From sequence record LC819005.1: a DNA stretch of 64,000 bases. One strand, written 5' to 3'. Below, piece after piece: positions 18,680-27,030 of this stretch. The notes beneath the pieces were generated by a model. It saw only the letters and a list, made by a program, of their open reading frames with translations. It ran no database searches and was not told the origin of the DNA. Every line of letters starts with the position of its first letter. Position 1 is the first letter of the stretch. The position numbers were made by a program, and so were the translations under genes.

Positions 18680-20806
18680 ATGGCTACCGCTTACCAGTAT
18701 CCCTTCGATCCCAGCGGCACCTCGGCCGCGAACAAGATCACCAACGAGCAGCACGTTATCACGGCAGTGAACTTCCGGGACTACCATTACGTCATCCCGA
18801 ACTTCGCGCCGTTCTTCGAGGAAAGTCTCAAAATCAAACTGCAGTTCCCGGATGGTTCGGTACGCAACCTTACGGTGGGCGTCGACTACTATCTGTCGAA
18901 CCAGTTCCTGGACGCATCGCGTGCTTGCGCCAAGCCGATCTATGGTTCGATCTCGTTCCTCGACACGGACACGCAAGGTATTCTCTCCATCGACTACAAC
19001 ACGGTCGGCGGCGAGTGGAACCTGAGTCCAGCGGAGATCACGCGTATCCTCGCTGAGGAAATGCGTAACCCCCGTATTACGACGTGGGAACAAATCACGT
19101 ATTTACCTGAACGATTCCCCGTGGTCGACCACGAGTGGGATCTGGTGGATATGGTGGGTATGTCGAGTGTCGTGAATGCGATCGAGGACATCCGTAACGC
19201 CATTGCTGGTTCGAATGGCACGGGTCTGGCCGATCACATCAACAACTACTCGAATCCGCACAACACGACCAAGGCACAGGTCGGTCTGGGCAATGTCCAG
19301 AACTACCCCACGGCTACGCAAGCCGCGGCGCAAGCCGGGACGAGCGACAGCTTCTACATGACGCCGCTGAGTGTGGCCTACGCGATCAACTCGCTGGGTG
19401 CTGCGCTGGTGAACGCTCACGCGAACCGCACGGACAACCCGCACGGCACCACGAAGGCTCAAGTGGGTTTGGGTAACGTGTCGAACTTTGCAGTCTCGAC
19501 TACCGCTGAAGCTCAAGCTGGCGCGGTTGACACGTCGTTCATGACACCGCTGAAAGTTGCGCAGGCAATCACACAGCTGGTCGGTACGTCGTTCAACTCG
19601 CACATCAACAACCAGCTGAATCCGCACAACGTCACGGCAGCCCAAGTCGGCCTGTTCAACGTGCAGAACTTCCCGGTAGCGACGCAGCAGCAAGCGCTGG
19701 CTGGAACGGACAATGCGTCATACATGACGCCGTTGCGCACGCAGCAGCAGATCACGCAGTACGTGTCGGTTCAGCTCGACGGTCACGCGGCGCGGACGGA
19801 CAACCCCCACCAAACCACGGCAGCTCAGGTTGGTTTGGGTAACGTCGGCAACTACGCAATCGCGACGCAAGCGGAAGCGCAGGCAGGGATCTCGAACACG
19901 GCGTACATGACACCAGGTCGTACGGTGGACGCGATCAATACGTTCGCTACGCCGATCAGCCACTTGACGGATAAGAACAATCCTCACCAAGTGACCGCAG
20001 ATCAGGTCGGCACCTACACGAAGGTTGACATCGACACGATGCTGGCCAGCAAGGTTAATTCCAGCGACACCAATTGGGTCGCCGGCATGACCAAAGCGGA
20101 TTTCGTGGCGGAAATTCTGGCTCAGCCGGTGAACCATGCTGCGACGGCGGACAACTCGACGCAGTTCAACGGCAAGACGTACGCTCAGGTGTTCTCAGAC
20201 ATCTCGGCCTCCGTGCAGACGTCGCTGGGTAATGCGTTCGCGGAAACGTCGACGAAAGCGTCGCGCGATAACTCGCAGACGCCCAGCCCCGGCACCACGC
20301 CGAACCGCTGGATTCCGCTCGGTACGGTGCAGTCGTACTCGACCACCGGCGGTAGCACGTCAATTGCCAAGTCGTATCCGGACGCTTACTGGTTCGTGAC
20401 GGGTGGTCAGGCACAAGCATCCACGGATGCCAACAACGCCAAGACCACATCGGCCGGATACCTGATCCACGCGAAGTGCGGTGAGCTTGCAGCGAGCAAC
20501 ACGTTTGACGTGACGCGTCTGAATGGCGTGGCCGATACTGATGTTCAGTTCGGCTGGACGATGGACGGCACGACCAAAATCATGACGGTCTGGGCGAAGG
20601 TGGCTTACGGCTACAACAACCTGAACGCGACGAGTCTGGCAGGTCAAGCGAATGCGCTGGTCATGAACGACGACTCGGTACAGGCTGAACCGGCTGGTAT
20701 CGTCTACGCGACTCCGGTGGCCTACGCTACGTCGACGCAGTACGCTGCGTTGGCTCAGCGCGTGACCGACATCGAAACGGCGCTCAACAGCATCACCGTT
20801 GTGTAA
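18680..20806 (+). CDS. Tail fibre protein (phiKZ gp145/146-like)
   Basis: 708 aa; 61-aa repeats NPHxTTxAQVGLGNV; AAGGA RBS. Confidence 0.85.
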   Translation: MATAYQYPFDPSGTSAANKITNEQHVITAVNFRDYHYVIPNFAPFFEESLKIKLQFPDGSVRNLTVGVDYYLSNQFLDASRACAKPIYGSISFLDTDTQGILSIDYNTVGGEWNLSPAEITRILAEEMRNPRITTWEQITYLPERFPVVDHEWDLVDMVGMSSVVNAIEDIRNAIAGSNGTGLADHINNYSNPHNTTKAQVGLGNVQNYPTATQAAAQAGTSDSFYMTPLSVAYAINSLGAALVNAHANRTDNPHGTTKAQVGLGNVSNFAVSTTAEAQAGAVDTSFMTPLKVAQAITQLVGTSFNSHINNQLNPHNVTAAQVGLFNVQNFPVATQQQALAGTDNASYMTPLRTQQQITQYVSVQLDGHAARTDNPHQTTAAQVGLGNVGNYAIATQAEAQAGISNTAYMTPGRTVDAINTFATPISHLTDKNNPHQVTADQVGTYTKVDIDTMLASKVNSSDTNWVAGMTKADFVAEILAQPVNHAATADNSTQFNGKTYAQVFSDISASVQTSLGNAFAETSTKASRDNSQTPSPGTTPNRWIPLGTVQSYSTTGGSTSIAKSYPDAYWFVTGGQAQASTDANNAKTTSAGYLIHAKCGELAASNTFDVTRLNGVADTDVQFGWTMDGTTKIMTVWAKVAYGYNNLNATSLAGQANALVMNDDSVQAEPAGIVYATPVAYATSTQYAALAQRVTDIETALNSITVV
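19253..20010 (+). repeat. Coding tandem repeat, 61-aa (183-nt) period, 4 full copies plus 1 partial
   Basis: NPH codons at 19253, 19436, 19619, 19802 and 19979. Confidence 0.9.
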
Positions 20807-20855
20807 TCAATCTTGAAAGCCGGGTGGACAACCACCCGGCGTGAGGCAACTGTTT

Positions 20856-22535
20856 ATGTCTACTCCGACACCCCTCTATCGCTATCCCCTGGATGGCACC
20901 GGCACCAGTCCGGATAATCTGGTCGTCGGCGAAGAGCATCAGCTGTCAAACCGTACGGTGCGCGCAATCGCTCCGACGTATGGCGGCTTCTTCGCTGAGT
21001 CCTGCGTGGTCAAGGACATGGCGACCAGTCAGCCCCTCATCAAGGGCACTGACTACTACTTCGGTGAGCTGTACGAATTCCCCACGGGTCGCTACGGTAA
21101 GGAAATCTTCGGGGTCATCCTGATCACGAAACCGCTTGTCACCGGTGTGACGATCAACTACCAGGCGCTGGGTGGTGATTACTCGTATTCGATGGACGCG
21201 ATCATCACGATGATCGACAACCTGAATCTGGGTGATCGTCCGGTCGCGTGGGGCGACATCATCGGTCGTCCGGCCTTGTTCGATCCGGCAACGCACTGGC
21301 ACGATGCCGGTGACGTGTATGGTTTCGAGTATGTGGTGTCGGCTCTTATCGACTTGCGCAATGCCATCCTCACGGGTGACGTAGCCTCGCACGATGAGAT
21401 CTACCGTTACATCGACACCTGGGCGAATCAGAACCAGGATGCCATCAATGCAGTTTCGGCTGCTCTGGCCGCACACGTGGCACGGGTGGACAATCCGCAC
21501 GGTACGACCAAGGCGCAAGTTGGCCTCGGTAACGTCGACAACTTCCTGACGGCGACGCAGGCGCAGATGAACACCGGTACGGCAACGAACCTGTTCGTTA
21601 CGCCTGCAACGGTGGCTGCATACGTGACGGCTCAAGCAGTGAACCCGTTGGCGGCGCACGTGGCGCGTACCGACAATCCGCATAGCACTACCAAAGCCCA
21701 GGTTGGTTTGGGTAACGTGGATAACTACTTGACCGCGACGCTGGCACAGGCGCAGGCTGGTGTAGCCACGAACGCGTTCATGACGCCGTATCTGGTGGCG
21801 CAAGCAATTATCACGCAAGCGGGTTCTGCGTTGAATGCGCACATCCAGGACCACAACAATCCTCACCAGACGACCGTGGGGCAGCTGAATACGTACGATG
21901 GTCCCACCATCGATGCGAAGGATGCAGCAGTCAAGAAATTGATTACGGACCACACCGGCATTACTGCTGGCAATCCGCATGGCACAAGCGCTGCTGACGT
22001 GAAAGCTGTGTCGACTGCGGATTTTAGCAACACGTACTGGCCGCAAATCTGGAACGGCATCAATGGCAAGCAGCCAGCCGGCAACTACGCGGTCTGGGGT
22101 GCGAGCGGTCCGTTCGGTAACCTGAGCCTGAGCGGCTATCTGTCGGCTGCGGGCGACATCTACGCATTCAACTCGGACCGGCGTCTGAAGAAGAACATTC
22201 GTCCGATCCAGGGTGCGTTGGCCAAGGTGCGTCAGATCAACGGCGTGCTGTATCACTACAAGGTATCGGCTATCGAGATCCTCAAGATCGAAGATCGTCA
22301 GTATATGGGCGTGATCGCGCAAGAGATCCAGAAGGTGTGTCCGGAAATCGTGGCTATCGCTCCGTTCGATCGTGATCCGGAAACAGGTCTGTCGATTAGC
22401 GGCAAGAACTTCCTCACCGTGCAGTACGAGAAGCTCACTGCGTTGCTGATCGAAGCGCAGAAGGAAGCGGATCTGATCCAGCAGGAAATCTGCCGTCGTC
22501 TTGGTTACACTGATCTGTTGCCGTTGGCAGCATAA
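20856..22535 (+). CDS. Tail fibre protein with C-terminal Peptidase_S74 intramolecular chaperone
   Basis: Same N-terminal type and repeats as the upstream fibre; SDRRLKKNI...GVIAQEI...VQYEKLTALLIEA is the S74 signature. ATG at 20856 preferred. Confidence 0.85.
   Translation: MSTPTPLYRYPLDGTGTSPDNLVVGEEHQLSNRTVRAIAPTYGGFFAESCVVKDMATSQPLIKGTDYYFGELYEFPTGRYGKEIFGVILITKPLVTGVTINYQALGGDYSYSMDAIITMIDNLNLGDRPVAWGDIIGRPALFDPATHWHDAGDVYGFEYVVSALIDLRNAILTGDVASHDEIYRYIDTWANQNQDAINAVSAALAAHVARVDNPHGTTKAQVGLGNVDNFLTATQAQMNTGTATNLFVTPATVAAYVTAQAVNPLAAHVARTDNPHSTTKAQVGLGNVDNYLTATLAQAQAGVATNAFMTPYLVAQAIITQAGSALNAHIQDHNNPHQTTVGQLNTYDGPTIDAKDAAVKKLITDHTGITAGNPHGTSAADVKAVSTADFSNTYWPQIWNGINGKQPAGNYAVWGASGPFGNLSLSGYLSAAGDIYAFNSDRRLKKNIRPIQGALAKVRQINGVLYHYKVSAIEILKIEDRQYMGVIAQEIQKVCPEIVAIAPFDRDPETGLSISGKNFLTVQYEKLTALLIEAQKEADLIQQEICRRLGYTDLLPLAA
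21492..22000 (+). repeat. Coding repeat, 61-aa period, 2 full plus 2 degenerate copies
   Basis: NPH codons at 21492, 21675, 21858 and 21972. Confidence 0.85.
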
Positions 22536-22545
22536 GGAGGCTATC

Positions 22546-23109
22546 ATGACGATGCCTTCTCCTGGCCAGCCAATCACTATCGGTCAGGCACGAAACGAGT
22601 GTGGTCAGGGCAGTGGTTTTGTCCAGGCTAGTAACGTCGAACTTTCTCGTCTGGCTGGTGTGAACCCGGGACAGTTTTTGGCATGGAGTTACTGGTACAA
22701 TAAAACGTACTTGCAGCCGTTCGATAACCAGGAAGTCGCGAACGTTGCAGCCCACATTGACCGGATCAATGAGCTGTACATCAATCTGCAAACCGGAGCA
22801 ACCCGGCAAGGATCAGTGTACGGCGACCACAATCCACGCTTTACCTCGATCTCGACCCGGGCTGTACCCAACATTGACCAATACCACGGCTGGAGTTTGC
22901 AGCTGGTGTTCGTAGCGGGCAATCCGCGGGTCAATGTCTGTATCATCCAGGGCGTAGGTCCGGGTAGCTGGGAATGCATGATCCGTTTCGACGATCAGGG
23001 GAGTGACAACAACATCGCGGGCCTGCCCGGTAACATCAAGGGTAATGGTGCTAACATGAACGGTGACACCGACTGTCAGGTCAGTCTCCGTTTGACGATG
23101 GCGCGTTAA
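22546..23109 (+). CDS. Putative fibre-tip adhesin / receptor-binding accessory protein
   Basis: AAGGAGG RBS. N-terminus MTMPSPGQPITIGQARNECG resembles the MTLPxSGxISxxxxxxE(L)G start common in genes that follow S74 fibres. Confidence 0.55.
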   Translation: MTMPSPGQPITIGQARNECGQGSGFVQASNVELSRLAGVNPGQFLAWSYWYNKTYLQPFDNQEVANVAAHIDRINELYINLQTGATRQGSVYGDHNPRFTSISTRAVPNIDQYHGWSLQLVFVAGNPRVNVCIIQGVGPGSWECMIRFDDQGSDNNIAGLPGNIKGNGANMNGDTDCQVSLRLTMAR

Positions 23110-23188
23110 CCAAGAGCCTCTCTACCTTCGGGTGGAGAGGTTTCTTTTTTATGCTGTCGTTGTATGTTCTGTCACAACAGGAGCCACA

Positions 23189-23401
23189 ATGTCCCGTACC
23201 GTTCTATTCCGTAAAGTACGTCACCGTCTGTGGATGATCCGTCATCGCATTCGTCATAACCAGTTTGTCAAAGGTCTTCTCCCTCACGAACACGACTGGG
23301 CACGCTGTGATAGCAAATTCTGGCTGGATGAGTGTGAAATCTGTGCCAAATCCCGGTTGCACCGTCACGGTACGCCGACAAGAAAGCAGAAAGCCCTTTA
23401 G
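23189..23401 (+). CDS. Small His/Cys-containing hypothetical protein
   Basis: AGGAG RBS before ATG (MSRTVLFRK...); HEHDW...CEIC. Confidence 0.5.
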   Translation: MSRTVLFRKVRHRLWMIRHRIRHNQFVKGLLPHEHDWARCDSKFWLDECEICAKSRLHRHGTPTRKQKAL

Positions 23402-23423
23402 GACCTCACCAGAGCCTCTACAA

Positions 23424-23476
23424 CGGCATAAACGACTACGGACTGGGCTTTCCCTGTCCGTAGTCGTGTTATGTCG
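23424..23476. terminator. Bidirectional terminator
   Basis: CGACTACGGAC-tgggctttccct-GTCCGTAGTCG flanked by CGGCATAAA and TTATGTCG. Confidence 0.85.
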
Positions 23477-23498
23477 CTATGAGCCGTTTAAAGCCTTC

Positions 23499-24122
23499 TT
23501 ACGCTTCCGTGAGCTTATTCGTGAACACGGTGCTGTACAACTCCGCCAACTTAGCCTTCTGTTCCGGCGTGTAGAGATCGTTGCCACCAAAGATGGTGTC
23601 AGCGAGCGTAATCGGCAATGGTGGCCACTCCGTCATCTCGCCCGGCGTTTCCAGATCGATCTTGACCCAGTCCTTCGGGTTGCCTTGCGCGTCGATGAAG
23701 ACGTCCACTTCCCATTTCAGTTCCGTGCCTTCGATCGGGAAGGTGTAACGGATCTTGTCCATCGACTCACCCGTGATCGAGCGGAAGACTTCATGCAAAT
23801 CCTTCGACACCGGCACCGAGACTTCATCCGCTTCGCCACGACCCGAATAAGCTTTGGCTGTGAGCGTGAAGCGCACCTGCCCCATGCCGCTGGTTTCCCG
23901 CACCCGGATCGTGCCGCCCGCACCCTTGAGCGAACTCTGCTTCTGGGTTTCCTGGCTCTGCGCTTTCTGCAGTTGCGAGGCATCGGTCAGCCGTCCGTAC
24001 CAGACGTATTCCTTCTCTTTGGCCTTCTGACCGTTTTCCAGATCTTCCAGACCGAGCTTGTATTTCATCAGGCCAGGTGCCATCAGGCTCATGCCCGAAA
24101 AGATGTCATGCAATGCTTTCAT
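23499..24122 (-). CDS. CYTH-domain protein (triphosphate tunnel metalloenzyme)
   Basis: KEKEY (ExE), IRVRE, TLTAK, KIRY, WEVDVF and IDLE match CYTH motifs. TAAGGA RBS before ATG at 24122. Confidence 0.85.
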   Translation of the reverse strand: MKALHDIFSGMSLMAPGLMKYKLGLEDLENGQKAKEKEYVWYGRLTDASQLQKAQSQETQKQSSLKGAGGTIRVRETSGMGQVRFTLTAKAYSGRGEADEVSVPVSKDLHEVFRSITGESMDKIRYTFPIEGTELKWEVDVFIDAQGNPKDWVKIDLETPGEMTEWPPLPITLADTIFGGNDLYTPEQKAKLAELYSTVFTNKLTEA

Positions 24123-24196
24123 GATTGTTGTTAAGGATGGATTAAGACATAAGAAAGAGTGCGGCATAAAGGGCCGGGTAACCCCGACCCTCTATG

Positions 24197-24484
24197 TCAG
24201 TTCAAAGCGAACTTCACCACTTCAAACACACCCTTCAGCACTTCGCCGATGAACGTGGTATTCAGATCCTTCTCCTGCACCACGACCATGTAGATAAGCG
24301 TCGCAACGCTCGCAAACATGATGACGATGAAGGTCAAGGTGAAGGCCTTAACCAGCCACGTCTTCAGGCCGCGGGATTCGCGACGTTCTTCAAGTTCTTC
24401 GGTCTCGACAGCGGTGGGTACATCGTGCTCGCAATGAGCACCGAGCGCCTGAGGCGCATCGATTTTATTTTCTTCGGCAGACAT
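24197..24484 (-). CDS. Small membrane protein, holin candidate
   Basis: 95 aa from ATG at 24484 (GAGGAG RBS); one strong TM helix plus an amphipathic C-terminal helix; directly downstream of the spanin pair. Confidence 0.5.
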   Translation of the reverse strand: MSAEENKIDAPQALGAHCEHDVPTAVETEELEERRESRGLKTWLVKAFTLTFIVIMFASVATLIYMVVVQEKDLNTTFIGEVLKGVFEVVKFALN

Positions 24485-24521
24485 CTTGCAACTCCTCGGG
24501 TTAAGCGTGTTACACAAGATG

Positions 24522-24857
24522 TTATTTCGCAGCCGGGGTGTCTGCCTTGGGCGTGTAAATAACAGCTTGTTGTTTGGACCAGTCGGCAATACCCATCAAG
24601 CGAGCATTAGCCACGCCCAGCTCTTCGGTGCGTTTCTGGATCAGATCAACGAGCGTCTGTTCCTTGGCATCACACGTGAGCTGGCTGTAGGTAACAGGAT
24701 CGGGCGGCGCCGCCAGATGGACCTTCTCGGTCATCTCCACCGGCACCGGCACGAACTTGTTCTTGATTTGTACTTCGGGCGCAGGTGCCGGTTGGGGTCC
24801 GAGCGCACAGCCCGTCAGCCCGATAGCGAGCACCACACAAGCGAGTAGGGATTTCAT
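24522..24857 (-). CDS. o-spanin (Rz1-like lipoprotein)
   Basis: MKSLLACVVLAIGLTGC lipobox, Pro-rich (PQPAPAP, PVPVE, APPDP), AAGGAG RBS. Confidence 0.75.
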   Translation of the reverse strand: MKSLLACVVLAIGLTGCALGPQPAPAPEVQIKNKFVPVPVEMTEKVHLAAPPDPVTYSQLTCDAKEQTLVDLIQKRTEELGVANARLMGIADWSKQQAVIYTPKADTPAAK

Positions 24858-24866
24858 GACCGCTCC

Positions 24867-25355
24867 TTATTTGCAGGCCACGTTGGACGGTTCCTGCAGG
24901 CAGTACGTGAGCCACAAGCCCTTGGCCCGCTCCAGCGAAATCTCAGTGGCCTTGCGTTGCTCGTTGGCCGGATCTTTCGGTAGCGCGTCGTACTTCTGGT
25001 TGATCGCAGCGAGCTTGGCATCGACGTACTTGTTGGCCGCCGTCTTGGCAATCGCCGGCTTCGCTTCTTCCTGCTTGACCACAGCCTTCACTTCTTCGGT
25101 CTTGTCATCGGACTGGGCTTTCTGGACAGTGTCCTTGCGCACCTCGGTCAGATCCGCATCCTTCTGCTTGATCGTGTCGTCCTTGGCCGTGATCACCTGA
25201 TCCTTGGCAGCGATGGTCTGCTGTTGCGTGGCGATCTTGTCGTTCTTCGCTTCGAAGACCTTGATGGTGGTGTACGCGGCACCCAAGCACACCAGGACGA
25301 GCAAGCCTTTGCCCACCCAGCTCTTGAGGATGTCGCCAATTGCAATTCCAAACAT
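24867..25355 (-). CDS. i-spanin (Rz-like)
   Basis: N-terminal TM, periplasmic coiled coil (KDQVITAKDDTIKQKDADL), C-terminal Cys pair; immediately upstream of the lipoprotein gene. Confidence 0.75.
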   Translation of the reverse strand: MFGIAIGDILKSWVGKGLLVLVCLGAAYTTIKVFEAKNDKIATQQQTIAAKDQVITAKDDTIKQKDADLTEVRKDTVQKAQSDDKTEEVKAVVKQEEAKPAIAKTAANKYVDAKLAAINQKYDALPKDPANEQRKATEISLERAKGLWLTYCLQEPSNVACK

Positions 25356-25426
25356 GATTTTTTCCTTCAGAATAAAAAAAGGGAGATGGGAGAGGCTAGA
25401 ACCGAAGTCCTAGCTTCTCATATTAC

Positions 25427-26029
25427 TTACACTTCATTTCCTTCGAAGAGCTCTTTCCAGCGCCAGTACGCAATTGCACCGCTGTCCGTTGAGTGCTCAT
25501 CCAGCGCCTCGAAACTGGAGGCTGAGTGAGCCGCATCGAACTTGTCGAGCAGAAGCTTCTTAAGACATTGATGAACTTTGACCTTGCTCTTCATGTCGTC
25601 TCGGGTGACGATGCCCACCGCCTTCTTGGCCGTAGGCGGGTCGACCAAGTCTAGCTCCATGGTGGGATCGTACCGTTGCACTGCCAGCCGAACTCCAAAC
25701 ACCACCTCAGTCAGGACCGCAAACGCCTGGGGAAACCGGCGCTTGAGAAACGGTGACTCACAGGCAATGTGGTTCGGTGGGTTAGCCACAAATACATCGT
25801 GCAATGCATCCGACAAGCCCAAGATACGCGCATAGCGGTCGCTGTGGTTCAGCGCGATCAGATCATCCAATCGCATCTTGTCTGCATTGAAGGTGTAAGC
25901 ACAAAGACGCAGGATCTCCAGGGTGCGCACGTCGTATTCCAACATGCTGCACCCCAGGGTCGTTGATCCTGGATCGATCCCAATAATGCGGCCGACATGC
26001 TGATCGGCTTCGCAATGATTGGTGAACAT
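25427..26029 (-). CDS. ruvC: RuvC-like Holliday junction resolvase
   Basis: IIGIDPGSTTLG, ACESPF, PPTAKKAV and EHSTDSGAIA. Confidence 0.85.
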   Translation of the reverse strand: MFTNHCEADQHVGRIIGIDPGSTTLGCSMLEYDVRTLEILRLCAYTFNADKMRLDDLIALNHSDRYARILGLSDALHDVFVANPPNHIACESPFLKRRFPQAFAVLTEVVFGVRLAVQRYDPTMELDLVDPPTAKKAVGIVTRDDMKSKVKVHQCLKKLLLDKFDAAHSASSFEALDEHSTDSGAIAYWRWKELFEGNEV

Positions 26030-26042
26030 ACTGCTCCTGCGG

Positions 26043-26927
26043 TTATGCGTTCACGAGGCTGTTCGTGGTGGAGCCGTCGACTGCCGACAGAGCGTACAGC
26101 GGCTCGTTGACGCCGACGTCCATGTTGATCGAGACGCCCGTGTTCGTTTGCAGCAACGGGTTGTAAGCCGCGACGTGAGCCGCGATCTGGCAACCAATCA
26201 CTTCGTTGAACTGGAAGGAACCACCGCCATAACCTGCGGCCGTGATCATCTTGTCCACACCCGTACAGAGGCCGAGCTCCGAGACGATTGCGTAACGCTC
26301 GTCGTCCCAGATGACCTTGGCGACGTTGAGCATTTCAGCGACGTCAGCGTCCGTCATCGTGAGCGTCATGCGGGCCCGCGCCGACACGTAGTCGGCGTTG
26401 ATCAGGTTGGTCGCGCTGTTCGAGAGCTGTTGCGGCGTGGGGGTGAGGTTCGATTGTTGCGGAATGAAGTTGGTAACGGTTTCGATACCATCTTGCACCT
26501 GGGTATAATACATACCCACCGACATATTGCTCTTATCGAGCCGTCGACCGTAGTAGGCGAAGTACGGCACGCCATTGCGTTCTTCCTGACGACGCAGCAC
26601 GTATTTGGCGCGATCGGTCGCAGTCAAGTCCTGGTTGGTTTCACGCAGCACGAACGGCAGCTGGCCGAAGAGACCGGCATCGGTTGCGCGATGTTGCACC
26701 GTTTCGTTGAGCGGAATCCCGTCTGCGCCCACGATCATCGAGTGACCGCGATTGCCCCAGACGTAGTAGCCGAGATTCGGCTTGTCGGTAGCGGAAGGCA
26801 GCGTGTCTTTCTGGATGCTCAGCAGTTCGTTGAGCGTCGAGTAAGCCGGAAATTCGAAAGGCAGACCCAACAGCAAGCTGGTCTGCACGCGTGCACCGTA
26901 GATAGTGCGGGTGACGTTATTGTCCAC
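26043..26927 (-). CDS. Virion structural protein (phiKZ gp139-like)
   Basis: 294 aa, GTG start with GAGG RBS; TRTIYG...LNE N-terminus recalled from phiKZ-like tail/baseplate proteins. Confidence 0.65.
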   Translation of the reverse strand: MDNNVTRTIYGARVQTSLLLGLPFEFPAYSTLNELLSIQKDTLPSATDKPNLGYYVWGNRGHSMIVGADGIPLNETVQHRATDAGLFGQLPFVLRETNQDLTATDRAKYVLRRQEERNGVPYFAYYGRRLDKSNMSVGMYYTQVQDGIETVTNFIPQQSNLTPTPQQLSNSATNLINADYVSARARMTLTMTDADVAEMLNVAKVIWDDERYAIVSELGLCTGVDKMITAAGYGGGSFQFNEVIGCQIAAHVAAYNPLLQTNTGVSINMDVGVNEPLYALSAVDGSTTNSLVNA

Positions 26928-27030
26928 GTTTTTACTTCCTCAATCGGAAAGGTGAAATAGGTTGGAACACGGGACGAAACGACGTCCCGTGCTTACACAC
27001 AATTAGAGAAGGACTGTATTTACCTGATCT

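Noticed and set aside
19253-22000. Regularly spaced repeats as a CRISPR array
   Set aside because: The repeats are in-frame protein repeats, variable at synonymous positions, with a 183-nt period and no unique spacers.
23499-26029. Endolysin near the holin/spanin genes
   Set aside because: No lysozyme, transglycosylase, amidase or peptidoglycan-binding motif is recognisable in any ORF in the window.
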